A stretch of DNA of 64,000 bases from the human T2T-CHM13v2.0 reference genome, Homo sapiens. A model generated the notes under the pieces. That model saw only the letters and a list, made by a program, of their open reading frames with translations. It was not told where the DNA came from and did not search any database. Both the position numbers and the translations under genes were made by a program. Positions 37,064 through 60,249 of the stretch are shown one piece after another; positions within the stretch are counted from its first letter, which is position 1; the number at the start of each line of letters is the position of its first letter. Where the stretch lies: NCBI RefSeq assembly GCF_009914755.1, contig NC_060933.1; one strand, written 5' to 3'.

Positions 37064-39329
37064 TACTAATAATATTAACAATAGACTTCTTTAAAACAAG
37101 TAATATCAAATAGCATACTAGAGCATTGTTATCAATGTGTCACTTCAGCATCAATTGTTAAGTGCCTTGTATTATATTCGTATCACTTAAGATTTGACAT
37201 GTAGTATATATAATAATACGACATTCACTAATTATGCTAGGGAAATGTTACAGTAATACTATGAAAGCTATTAATTTCTACTCCTAGAGGTGGCAGAGAG
37301 AAAATATATTAGTTCCATATAGGTAAGACAATATCTGTTTCATACAGTCATACCCACAGTGCTTAGCATGGTGCCTATCATAATATAGATGTCCAATAAA
37401 TATTTGTTAAGTGAACAAACTGTTAAAGAATATTTATAGGGACTAGCACTATATTCTCATAAAAATGGACAAAATATGAATTGAGCCATCTCTCTATTGT
37501 CAGTAAATACAGAGGTGGGATACTCACAGGCATAACTACACTATACAGATAAAGTAGTTTTGGGGGGCCGAGGGTGCTGCCTCTATGGATAGGCAAACCT
37601 GGGTTCTCACCTAAGAACTGGAAAATGGAGATCATTATGATTTGCTATCCATTAAGGCCTCCCACTCAGAAGAACACACAGTTTTAAAAGGAACGCATTT
37701 ATCCCATCTCAAATTTTTGGTGTATCTTTTTTTTTTTTTTCTCTAAAGCATAACAAGCTTGTCAGAGTTTCCATGGTGAGCACAGGGCACCATGGAAACT
37801 GATAGATTTAGCTACATGAAAAGAATAAATAAAATAGGCAGGCATTTATTTCACTGTACAATGACAACTTCTCTCCTAGATAAGAGAGGAAAAGTGGCCT
37901 CTCATTTAAACTGCTTCCCTGCACTCTCTGTACCTCATGAAAACCTGAGTTATTTTCGATAGCCCATTCTACTGACCTACGCTGATTGGATTCCTGTTTT
38001 TCTCAAGGCCCATTATTCCCTTTAGTTTTACTGCAGGCTAGATCTGAGTGTCACCAGCAACTGTTGGAAAACCATGTACAATGTGAAAGTTGTAGATGAC
38101 AGCCCACAGTGCAGTGGCCAAGTGAGTCATGGCAAAACTGAATGAACAATTCCTGGGAGTTTACTGTGATGAGACAATGTATGAGAACAACTGGACTCAA
38201 GATCCAAGTCCATCCTATATTAACTGCACAGGCAAGCCAACCTCCCTGAACCCCAGTTTCCCCATCTGTGGAATGTTTAAAATACATCCTCTTCCTATTT
38301 TATAGGGTTGTTGAGAGGCTCAAAATTAGATAATAGAGGAGAAAGCCTTTTCAAACAGTCAGGTTCTATCTAGCAAAAAGGACTGACTGACTAAGCTACA
38401 GGTATAATTACATTCATGAGATGAGCAAAATGTCAAAGCTAATCATGCTATGGTCTAGGTTTTGGCCTCAGGCAATTGGAGGTTTAGAACACGATGATCC
38501 CACCCCAGTAGTTGGGGAATTTGGGGGCTACTTGGCTCCATCTGAAATAGAGAAAATTGAGATTGTAAGAAATGAAGCTTTAAAATTTTTCTCTATGTCT
38601 GAACATTCTCATAAAATGTTGGAAAACTAAATAAATGAAATAAAACTCATCCTTAAGTTCTAGTCCCAATGAATTGTTCACCATTAGCAGACACCCACTA
38701 TAGCCTCTTAATTTTTATGACTAAAATATAGGCACTAGAGCCATCTCCTGCAATTCAATATTCATATAAATCTATTGAGCACCTCCTAGTGACCAGGGAC
38801 TGTGTTAAGGGGATGGATACACAGAAAGAAAGAGGACATGGTCCTTCAGAAAAACACATCTTCTTTGGGGTATAGATGAGTAATGGAACAATTACAGCAC
38901 ACCCACAAACTCAGGGGAGGAACACTTAACACTCTAGAGCAGAAATGTAAAGATATCCTGGATAAAGGTGAGGGGGGGTTGGGGGTTGGGGGAGTGGGTG
39001 GGACAATGAGGCAGACATGGTGTAAGGTGGTAAAAGGGCACCACAGGCAGAGAGAAGAGTGTGAGCAAAGCGGATTCATAGCATATGGGAGAGTGGAGGT
39101 AGCCAAGCCTGAAGAAGCAGCCAGGGAATATTCCATGCCAAGGCGGGGCTCTTTTTTTCTGAAGGAAGTGATATGTGGGGGTGGAGCACTAATGATGCTT
39201 GGGCTGTATTTTGAGGGTGAATATGAAAGCTCTGTACTCCCTCTTTCCTCCAAACCTCTGTAGCCAGGAGAATATTTCCCTGGGGATACCAGAATGGGAG
39301 TCAAAATTGCAGGAGGACCAGCAATTTAA

Positions 39330-40341
<1,012 letters not shown>

Positions 40342-40751
40342 AGAAGCCATTTTTGAAAGCTTAACATTGTGGCTATATATTTCTCCTGTTGTTTTTAATA
40401 ACTGTATAATGTTCTATCAAGTAGATATATTCTAGTTCATAAAACTAGTCTCTATTTTTTTTTTTGACATTTAGGTTTTCATTAAAACCTAATCATCAAA
40501 AAAATTATTAACCGTATCTGTTTTAGGAAAGTAATACATCTGTTGGAAACATCTGATTGAATCCTATCTCAAAAGCCATTTTCTTCACCTTTCTGTCTGA
40601 GGTTTTTGTGTATACAAGGGAATGTTTTCAGTGTGCTGGCTGTCGGTACTGCCAGGAGGGAGTGCAGTTGGCAGAATCAGGAGAAAGTGACAAGGAGCAG
40701 GGACAAGTGTAATGACCTCAGCTGCAGAGATTCCTAATTCTGGATCCCTGG

Positions 40752-40858
40752 TAGGGTGATCAACCATCTGTGTGCATGGTTCTGACGGTTTTCCTGAACG
40801 GCCTTTCAGTGCTAAAACCAGGAAAGTGCCTGGTAAACCAGGATTTGTTGGTCACCTT
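40752..40858. mobile_element. MER94-like hAT-Blackjack MITE
   Basis: Terminal inverted repeats agggtgatcaac...gttggtcacctt and internal ttcagtgctaaaaccaggaaagt. Confidence 0.75.
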
Positions 40859-41138
40859 AGACATTGGTTATGGGGGAGCTGAAGGAACTGAGAAGGGAAC
40901 GAATCATTTCTATAAGCCAGCCCTGTGTCTTAAAAGCAGCAATTCAGAGAAAAACTGCTCACACACTGCAATGAAACCCTCACCCTTTATGTAGTTGTCA
41001 AAATAGTTATTTGTCTCAGGTTATGGCTCTGCTCACAGAAAAACCATCCATTCATTTATTCAATAAACATGTATGGAACACCGGCATTGTTCTAGGCATA
41101 AGACACATTCCCTGCTCCTGTGGTGCTTCTGTTATTGG

Positions 41139-41141
41139 TGT

Positions 41142-41180
<39 letters not shown>
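41139..41180. repeat. (TG)n microsatellite about 1.2 kb upstream of the GDA ATG
   Basis: Read directly. Confidence 0.95.
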
Positions 41181-41183
<3 letters not shown>

Positions 41184-42149
41184 TGGTGAGAGGGAAACAG
41201 GAGTAAACTAAAAAACACAAAATAAAGAAGAATGGACACAATAAATGCAATGGCAGAAACAAGATGGATTAGTGGAGTAGAAACTGCTGGGAGTCCGGTG
41301 CCACTTGGTGGTCAGGAAAGGTGACTCCGAAGAGCCTGACATTTGAGACAAATCAGTGGTGAGAAGAGCTGCCAAGTAAAGCGCCACAAGAGGGATTAGG
41401 GGCAGAAGGAACAGCACGTTAGAGGGCCCTGAATGGAAGCCAGCTGGGTTTCATGGAGGAACTTAGTGAAGGACCCTGTGGTCATTGTGTAGGGTGGGAA
41501 CGCTGACCCTAGTTATGACCCAGTCCAAGCTCCATTTTCATAAGTGGGGATGATAAGCACACTGAGGCCCACGTGTCTTGTCCACAGTCTCTTGATTCCC
41601 AATTCAGCACCCATGGTACCATTGCTGCCTATTTGACTTGAGAACTTAATTTTCTCCCTTTGTACAACTGGAAGTAAATAAAAGAGATTCATTCATTTTA
41701 CACGAGAAAAATTGGTATTGGAATTGTTTGCGGACAAACACAAGAACCAAAAACATTAGCCTCAAGGTGAAGAGAGGAACCTTGGCGTCCACAATGACAC
41801 CCAGTTTAGGGGTCCCCAGAGATGTTCGGTAAGACATGCTTCCAGAACCTTCCAGGTGAGGACCAATACTAATTCTGCAGTCTACATAAACTAAAAATGA
41901 AACTGGTCATAAGGTAGGCAGCCCCAGCTGACCTTTCACCTGTGCCTGAACTAATGCAAGTACAGGACCTGAGTGCTACAGGTTGAAGAAGTAAGTGATC
42001 CTAGGAGTTGAAGGGTCAGAGGAGCCAGGCTGACACAACTCATAGAAGGTGGAGGAAGCTGATCTTCTGAGCCTCAGCTGTGGTTGATCTTGATAACTCA
42101 AAGAGTTAACACAACCAAAACTAACGCAAGGGTGGAGAGAAAGACCACA

Positions 42150-42840
42150 CCCCACGGGAGCGCGGAGCCAACTCGCGGGAGAAAAATCCTATTGGCATTG
42201 AGGAGGTAGGGAGCCAGCCCCTGGGCGCGGCCTGCAGGGTACCGGCAACCGCCCGGGTAAGCGGGGGCAGGACAAGGCCGGAGCCTGTGTCCGCCCGGCA
42301 GCCGCCCGCAGCTGCAGAGAGTCCCGCTGCGTCTCCGCCGCGTGCGCCCTCCTCGACCAGCAGACCCGCGCTGCGCTCCGCCGCTGACATGTGTGCCGCT
42401 CAGATGCCGCCCCTGGCGCACATCTTCCGAGGGACGTTCGTCCACTCCACCTGGACCTGCCCCATGGAGGTGCTGCGGGATCACCTCCTCGGCGTGAGCG
42501 ACAGCGGCAAAGTAAGCAGGCGCGGGGTCGAGCGCACTCCGACGGGCGGGAGGATAGGTGCAAGGAACCTGGCGCGGTGCTTCGCGTAGCCCGGGGTTCG
42601 CTCGGTGCGCAGTGAGCGCCGCGGCTCCGGAGTTGAACTTGAGTCTTTGGCTCTTGGGCAACGCAGAGAGAACCCTGGCGCTAGGTTCGTGGGCTGGCTG
42701 GGGAGTTCCCAGAAGTCGGGAGCAGTGGCGTGCTAACGCCACAACTGGCTCGACAGCAGTCCGGGCTGCGGTAGAGCCGGGAGCAAGGATGTCACCCCCC
42801 GCTCCCCCGCCCCCCGTTCCAATCCTAAGATACCGGCAAT
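42150..42840 (+). promoter_or_regulatory. GDA: CpG-island promoter and 5' UTR of GDA
   Basis: Abrupt GC- and CpG-rich block in otherwise CpG-depleted DNA, surrounding the ATG. Inverted CCAAT (ATTGG 42191-42195) and CCGCCC GC boxes at about 42249, 42291 and 42302; no TATA box seen. Boundaries are approximate. Confidence 0.9.
42389..42511 (+). CDS. GDA: Guanine deaminase (cypin), coding exon 1 (codons 1-41); intron 1 runs past the end of the window
   Basis: Translates to MCAAQMPPLAHIFRGTFVHSTWTCPMEVLRDHLLGVSDSGK, which I recognise as the human GDA N-terminus. It is 123 nt, ends at a phase-0 donor AAA|GTAAGC (GT at 42512) and sits in a CpG island. Confidence 0.97.
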
Positions 42841-43121
42841 AATCTTCAATCTTGCTTAAATCATCTTTGTTTCCAACACCTAGCACTGTGCCTGGCACAG
42901 GAGGCTCTCCATAAATGTGGTTGAATTTATTGTGAAAGAAATAAGAGGAGGGGGTCATTTGATTGATGTTGTTTAGCGTGTCCAGAACATAGAATAAATA
43001 GAACTGATTACATTCACCCTATCATTCAACAGAGATAATATACTAACGATGAAGGTTCCACAACTTGTAATACTAGAAGGGATGGTCCGAAAGAAATAAT
43101 TCATCCATCTCTTTTCCTTCC

Positions 43122-43187
43122 TCTCTCTCTCTTATACACACACGCGTACACACACACACACACACGCACGCACACACACACACACAC
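43122..43187. repeat. Compound (CT)n/(CA)n microsatellite with CG interruptions
   Basis: Read directly. Confidence 0.92.
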
Positions 43188-44419
43188 CATAGCCATTTGC
43201 ATCAAAGCAAGCAGTTCCATTTTAAGGTTCAAAATGTCTTCTTTGAATGTATCTTTTACACTTCCTTTTCCAAAATCAGGATTTCTACAAATGACACAGG
43301 TAACTTGATGTCTACTATTTACTGTTCCATACACACATATAGTGACTATATCAGCCATGGCCTGGCAAGTTTGATAAGTGAAGCCATTCCATTTTTTAGA
43401 ACAAAAAAATGATAAAATAAATATGGAGATGGGATTTTTTGAGCTGTTTTCCAACTACTGGTTTGGTTAGCAAAAGTACACATACTTGTGATTTGTCAAG
43501 TTGAAGATACTATTCTTGACTAAGATGCTACCGAGTCGGTGACAGTTTTGAATCGTGACTCTTACATTTGGGGGTAACTAAACACTGTTTTCTCATGGTG
43601 CTTTAAAAAATACTCTTTCTATGCACGTTCAGGGAGCCTGCTGTTGTGTTTCCAAGGTGATAAAACTCTCAGAGCTCTCCCAGGGAGATTCCAGTAAACC
43701 CTGAGACTGATGAACCCATGCTTGGGGACTTGGTCCTCAAGTTTCAGGGAACTCAGGTTTGGGGCAAGTCCCAGGAAGCAAAGGAACGGAGATTGCTAAA
43801 CTGGTGTAAGATTAGAGGTGTTATTTTAATCACAAGAAGCTGTTCAACTCTTGGGTTTCTTTTTTAAAAATTAATTTCCCATATCCAGAATTGTAATTGG
43901 TAGGGTAACAGGCAACTGGTTTTACCAGTGGAGAGGAATAAGAAAAGGAAGTAATAAAAATACCTTTTCTGGTGCTTGTACAGAAGAAGAATAAAAGAGT
44001 TTCCCAAACACACAATTAGTAGTTGAGTCAGGGAGTCTATTCCTCACTAAAAATCATACTGAAGTTATAAATTTAGAAAACATGCCCTTCCCCCACAAGA
44101 CAAAATGACTTAGGAATTGAATACAAAGGTGAGTTAGTCAGTGGCTGGAATGTATGGTACAGAGCTCCTGAACCAGTGGATTGCTAACTGTTGCTCTCCT
44201 CTCCTCCTAGGTGCAAGGCAGTTGATACCTGGCTGTGTTTAAAGAGAGAGCATGCCATACATATTTCAAAACTTGACATCCCCCATTTCAAAATGGAGAG
44301 TATCTTACTTTTAGAGTTGCTGGGATAAATATATTATTTATTTAAACATTTCAAGGTTCAAAAAAGAAAATAATACGCCTTTGGAATACAGAAATATGTT
44401 GAATTATTATGATCTGTAA

Positions 44420-44730
<311 letters not shown>

Positions 44731-44795
44731 AATGATCTGTAAATTTTTACTCCTAAATTTTTAGGAGCTCAAACCTTGCAATGAATCAGAAATAT

Positions 44796-44920
44796 CTAGG
44801 GGTGCTTGATAATATGCTGATTTCTGGGCATCATCCTCAGAGACTCTGAATCTATAGACCTGGGGTAGGCCCCAGAAAGTGGCATTCCAACAAGCATCCC
44901 AGGAGATTCAGACGCAGGTA
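44796..44920. mobile_element. MER5A-like hAT-Charlie fragment
   Basis: atgctgatttctgggc...cagagactctgaatc...ctggggtaggcccagaaa...aacaagcatcccaggagattc. Confidence 0.75.
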
Positions 44921-45252
44921 GCGGGTGGATTATAGCAGCGGGTGGATTACATTTTGAATAACTGTAACACATAGTTTCTGTGATGGGACAAGCTGTGTGA
45001 AGTATCAGGAGCTTATTTCTCCATTGCAAGTTTAGATCTGGGGTAGAATCTCAGCGAGAGGGCACAAAGCTTACTCTGTCCTTCTGGTCTCGCTTTTAAA
45101 CTTTATTCCTTATTTTGTATAACTTCGTTTAGGCCCAGAGAATGCCAATGACTAACTGCTCTTAATACATTAAATTAAAGCTCATTCAAAAGCAGGTTAA
45201 TTAAAAGAAATTATCTAGCCAACTTTTTGGTATAAAGCAAAATACAGAGTTA

Positions 45253-46800
<1,548 letters not shown>

Positions 46801-47915
46801 AATATAGACTCTAACATGTTTAATTCATTTGCAAATATTTAATCTTGAGGTAATGCATGCTCAAATATTACTAAGTTGCCTGATTCTTCCCACATACATC
46901 AGGGTCAGGTTGACAGTAAAGATGCATAAACATGCCTTGGGCCTTTTAATGCACACTTACCCAGAAACAAGAGTGAGGAAGAGATTCATTTTGAGGTTGT
47001 GTCCTGGGGTGGCAGGAGCAAGTCCAATGGAGGAATAGAGACTTGGGTTCAGGTCAGAGTCTCTACCACTTACCTGTGCTGAGACCACAGGTGAGACCTA
47101 ACCTGCCTGAGCCTCCGTTTCCTCATTTGTAGAGTCAGATTTCCTTTTGCTATTTATTAAATGAGATAATGTATGAAAATGCCTGGCACTTAGTGGATAC
47201 TTAACATGTACCATGTTCATTCTATTCCCTTTGCCTCCTAGCAAATCCTTAACCTCTTGCTCACTGTGATATTTTGCATGTTTTCACATGGTGACATGCC
47301 AAGTGGTAGAGAAGGAAGCCACGGCCTGTGATGAACTGTATGGGGTGGTCACAGAACCTTAGCTTTTTATTCTCACTGCTTATGTCATTGATCCCCTGGG
47401 ACCCAAAGATGCACCCTGGAAGAAAGATCAAGAAGCATTTGGTGCTAGATTCACTAGCAAGCTATCTTTAGTATCTCTTTTAGACTTGACAATGTCATTA
47501 TTTCCACTAACAGATGAGGAAGTTGAGACTTGAGAAGTCATGCATTCAGATACGGTGGTGGTGTAGCTGGATTTTGAATTAGTATGGGGCAAAGGCCATG
47601 TTCTCTTTACTGTCGCTGACTGCTTCTCTAGGGCACAGTCCTGGACCTCAAAGAATCTGCACTTTGGCACGGGAGCTAAGACTTGTAGCTGTAATAAAAG
47701 TGACTCATTCCTGAGCCAAACACTGGGGTTTTCACCGGAGATAAATTGATGAACAAAGTATGCAAATACTGCCCTGCCCTCTTGAAACTGATGATCTAGT
47801 AATAAATTAACAGAAGCTGCCATGACCTATCAGAACTTGAACTAGTTAGGGGAAGGCTTTCCCTAGCGTGAAGTGACATCAAACTTGCGATGTGAACAAT
47901 GAGAAGTTAAGTAGG

Positions 47916-48266
47916 TATATTAGTCAATTTTCACATTGGTGACAAAAACAACCTGAGACTGGGAAGAAAAAGAGGTTTAATTGGACTTACAGTTCCACAT
48001 GACTGGGGAGCCTCAGAATCATGGCAGGAGGTGAAAGACACTTCTTACATGGCGGCAGCAAGAGAGAATGAGGAAGATGAAAAAGCGGAAACTCCTGATA
48101 AACCCATCAGATCTCGTGAGACTTATTCACTACCATGAGAACAGTATGGGGGAAACTGCCCCCATGATTCAAGTTATCGCCCACTGGGTTCCTCCCACAA
48201 CACGTGGGAATTAGGGGAGTACAATTCAAGATGAGATTTGGATGGAGGCACATCCAAACCATACCA
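47916..48266 (-). mobile_element. THE1-type MaLR solo LTR inserted in an L2
   Basis: THE1 consensus text; TSD (G/A)TAGG; L2-like flanks at about 47740-48620. Confidence 0.9.
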
Positions 48267-49859
48267 ATAGGTAAGGTGGACAGCATTGGAAGTAAAGAAG
48301 AGCCTTCTAGGTTGAGAGAACTGCCTGTGACTGCCTGTGCAAAGGTCCTGGGGTAGGAAGGAATGAAACAGTCAAGGTAGTCAGAGTCCAAAGGTTGAGG
48401 AGAAGGCTAACACAGGATAAGGCAGGACAGGTAGGCAGGGCTATGTTATGGAGGGCATCGGGGATGGTGGGATTGTGTCATGATTATATTTTGTGGTTAT
48501 AAAGGTCTAACTTCAGGATAAATGCATTGAAGAGAAGTTGAGTGCAGGCAAGGAGGTCAGATAGGAGCCTGTTGCAGTATTTAGGTAAAATGGAATGTGG
48601 TTTAGATGAGAGAGGCAGTGTAGTTATCAACTGAGATATGAACTCCTAAGAGTACCTCTATCACTTATTACCTATGTGAATTTGATCAAGTTCCTTACCA
48701 TTTGTATCTCCAAATTTCTTTATGCATAAAATAATTACTATGGTCTACCTAATAGGGTTGTTGAAAGGATAAAATGGATTAGTAAGTGTAAAATATATAG
48801 AATAATGCCTGGCATGTAGTACATGTCCATTAGACTTCAGCGGTTATTGTCAGTAATGCAGATGGAGAGGTGGATAGAATCAGTAGCTATTTAGATCAAG
48901 TTGACTGGATTTGATGATAGCTTACATATGTAAGGTTGGAAGGTAAGTGCATCAAGAGTGATCGCAAAATGTATGTAAATGTGTGTAAATAGTACAGTGG
49001 GGCACAAGTTGACCAGTGATAGGAAAAGCTTCTTGAAGGAAGTAGTAGCTGAATTGGACCTTTTAGGACTGGAACATGCAAAAGAGGATTATATAGCCCT
49101 GGTGAAAAGAGTGACCCAATGTTCTTCAGTTCTGAAGACTGCTGGGAGGAGGAAGAGTTCTTTCTCACCTGAGGCTACTTTACCAGAAGTTCTCTCAGTC
49201 TAAATCACAAATCCTAGTGATTGTGTATCATCCTTTCCTCCACTTCCTGCCAAGCTCAGCAACTCAAAATATGCTGTTGGTCCTGAGAAAGGAAACTGGG
49301 CTAATCCCTTCCTTCTGAGGCTGCTGAATAGGAGCTTGGCTTTCATCAGAAAGATGCTTTCACTCCCAATTATTACAAGATCATCTTGCAAATTCCCATT
49401 TTCTAGAAGGCTGATTGCTTGTTCAGAATGCTCATGGCAAACACTGTTGGTTACCCACTCAGCAGTCATGACCTCTTTTTCCTTATTAACACCTGAATTT
49501 GATCAGTCCATGGTAGACTCAGCCTGTGGATACATCATGGTGTAAGCCAGTCATGGTAATCCTATCTCCATTTATCAGATACTTATTCTTCCAGCTTCCT
49601 GGTAGCTGAGGGTGACTAGTGATAATATTCTGACATACAGGAAGTTTGCTCAGAAGCTTCTAGGATGTGGGAAGAGAAGCCCTGCCTTTTTTGGATACTC
49701 TCATATGAAGAAAAGATACTTGGAACTGCTGCTGCCACCATGTGAGACTGTGAGGAAAAGGTTAAGGGGATTTCAGAGACACCATCCCATTTTCTAACAT
49801 CACTGAGCAGTTGAACTACCCCTACCTGGAACTGTCTACTATCAGACTTCTAGACTTCC

Positions 49860-52300
<2,441 letters not shown>

Positions 52301-52699
52301 TCAATATGAGTTTATTTACAGCCCATTGATTCATGAATTAAAAAAAAATTGAAGGCCAAAGCAATCACAAGGTAATTATAATTTAAAGTGAGTTATTCTA
52401 AACTTACATATAATGATATAAGAATTTTAAAATTCCAAGATTCTCCAGAAGCTTAAATGGAAAAATAAAGTGCATCATAATCATACATTCCCCACCCTCA
52501 CACATGCACACCCTTATACACTCATCAACAAAACACAGTTCTGGAAGAAGATATTAAAATAAAAACTTAAATAATTACTTTTGTAGATTGGGAATGGAGA
52601 TTTGGAGCTATGGAGGATAATTTTTATTTTTGTATTGCTAGTTTTTAAAATTTTTGTCTTGCTTTTATAATTTAAAACCAATTTATTTTATTTTAAAAT

Positions 52700-53540
<841 letters not shown>

Positions 53541-53760
53541 AAAGCAGCCGGTTAAAAAAAATCTTTGTATGGTTTCCCATTGCCTAACCGTGTGATAAAC
53601 CCAGGCCTGGCCTTGCTGACTGTTTGCCCAACCTTCCACGTTGTTAAATTCCTTTGTGTCTTTGTCCATGCTCCTTTTTCACCTTCCATTCGCTGGATGG
53701 ATACACATTTCAAGACTAAATTTAGGTGTTACCTCCTCAATGAGGTCATTGCTGACATAG

Positions 53761-55780
<2,020 letters not shown>

Positions 55781-56069
55781 TGACATAGGTCAGATTTACT
55801 TCTAAAGAATATATTAAAAATAATTTCAGAGTAAGGAGCAGAATGGAGCAGAGCAAGACTTGCTGGAAGAGATGAGTTAGAAAATGACTGCAGTGGACCA
55901 CAAAAGAGACAGGTAGATGGTGATAGACATGGAGAGAAACAGGGAGCTCTGTGAGATGAGAAGGAGGTAAATCAATGGGATTTGATGACAAAAATGGGTA
56001 CAGAGGAAAGGGAAGAGCTTTCCTGGGTTTTAGGCTTGTACAACTGGATGGATATGGTGGCTGTCACTG

Positions 56070-56839
<770 letters not shown>

Positions 56840-57528
56840 TAGGGAAGAGAAGAAGAGGTCCAGCCAGGGAGGGTGGATCCAGAGGTCTGCTTTGGTCATG
56901 CTGAGTTGAGATGCTTTTGTGACATCTACATGGAGATTTGAAGCAGATGTTGACTTGCTGGTCTGGAGCTCAGAGGAGATATCTGAACGGGCGATATAAA
57001 ATGTAGAGTAAAGGTTGAGAAGACAACAGGAACTAGACTAATTCCTCTTGTTGAGTTTAGAGTTAAAGAGAATGAGTAGGATGAGGACAATCCAAATATC
57101 AGAGGAAGACAACGGGAGGGTATTGTCATAGAAGGCAAGAGATGGGGATACTTCAAGATGGAGGGAGCAGTGCAGGTGTCATGTTACTGAGACATAAGAA
57201 CAACACTGGAAAAATGTCCAGTGGATTTAGAAACCTCAGGCAACTGTTGACCCTAGGAAGCTTATTTCAGCACAGGGAGAGGGTGGCAATCAGCTTGGGT
57301 TAGGTTTTGGAATGATTGGAAGATAAGGACATGCAGACAGTAATCACAGACAACTCTTTTGAGATTAAAAAAATGTGTAGTGTTTTATCATATGAGAAAA
57401 ATAATTGCTTCCAACAGCAATAAAATGTAAATAAGTTACATACCTGTTATTCCCACTGCTTAAGTTATCAGAGGACTTTTATACAAACATTTGCATTTGT
57501 AGCATTCTGAGGAAAAAATGCTCTGGCT

Positions 57529-58898
<1,370 letters not shown>

Positions 58899-59149
58899 TC
58901 ACATACAACCTTTGTATGTATGAATGGAGGCTTGTATAATCATTTGTTTTTCACTGTCCTGACAATCAAGTGGGAATGAGAAAAATAAGATTTATGCTAG
59001 ATTTATTTCAGTTGCAATTAGAAGGAAAACTATCCCTGTGATCTAGACAGGATTGGATGTTTCAAAAGTGCCAAATCATTGAGCAGATAGAGAAAGTGAG
59101 AAGACAATAAGGGAACAAGATTTGGAAAGGAAATGATTTAACAGTTACG

Positions 59150-59505
59150 CCAGTGTCCTCACTCATATGCAGGAGTTGAAAAAGTTGATCTTATGGAGAT
59201 AGAAAGCAGAATGATAGATACCAGAGACTGGGAAGGATGTGTGGGTGGGGTGGGGGTGGGGGAATGAAGAGAGGTTAGTCAGTGGGTAGAAGGGCAGCTA
59301 GATAGAAGTTATCAACAACGTATTCTACATTTCAAAGTAGCTAGAAGACAGAACTTGAAATGTTCCCAACACATAGAAATAATAAATACTCAAGATGAGG
59401 GATCAAATACCCTGACTTGATCATTACATATTCTATGCATGTAACAAATATCACATGTACCCTATAAATATGTAATATATTATTTATAAGTAAAGAAACT
59501 TAAAA
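59150..59505 (+). mobile_element. L1MA-type 3'-end fragment
   Basis: ctcactcatatg...aaagttgatcttatggagatagaaagcagaatgatagataccagag...cacatgtaccctataaatatg. Confidence 0.82.
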
Positions 59506-59823
59506 ATGTAATTGTGCCAATATAAACTTATGTATCAATTTATATTTGTTCATGTCTTTTGACTTCTCCACCTTTTTGTTCACACTCTTAATGCCCTTAC
59601 TCTCTTTTCTCGCCTATATTTACCATACTCATCATTTCCTCTAGAAACACCTTGGTTATTCTGTCCTCACCAATTTCCTTTTTCTCAGAGTTTTCATAGA
59701 TCAGTCCATAATGCCAATTTGGTGCTTAGAAACATATCATTGTGCATTGTTCTCGATTTTTCATAGGCAGTAAATTTTATTTTCTCTACCAGAAACTAAA
59801 TTCTTGACAGGCAAAGATGATTT

Positions 59824-60249
59824 TGAAACTGACCCAATAGTTCCATAGACAGGTTTTTGTTGTTGTTGTTGTTCTGTTTGTTTGTTTGTTTTTGGATAAA
59901 CATAGAAATTGACGCTTTTGGTCTTAAAGCCTGAAACTTACATTTGTTTTATTTGAGTTCCTTGTTTAGGAAATGACCCCCAGGCCTCTCAAAAGTATCA
60001 AAGAACTGAAACTAACCAGATATTGCATCCAGACAATGAAATGCCAGGCCTCTCATTCATCATGATTGCTTCCTTAACCCCTCTGGAGTTCCTGTTTTCT
60101 CATACCTTTCTTCCCTGCTATATAAACCCCTCATTTTAGTCCATCAGGGAGATAGATTTGAGACTGATCTCCCATCTCCTTAGCTGCAGCACCTGATTAA
60201 AGCCTTCTTCCTTGCCAATAATCGTTGTCTCAGTGGTGTTTCGGTAACA
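59824..60249 (+). mobile_element. ERV1 solo LTR (MER66-like), sense to GDA
   Basis: TGAAACTGACCCAATAG...GGTAACA ends, TATATAAA at about 60119 and ATTAAA at about 60196. Confidence 0.75.

Noticed and set aside
42098-42958. 286-aa minus-strand ORF and several overlapping ORFs across the GDA promoter
   Set aside because: Long stop-free frames are expected in GC-rich CpG islands. The sequence is Ala/Gly/Arg/Pro-rich with no recognisable domain, and only the plus-strand 42389-42511 segment matches a known protein.
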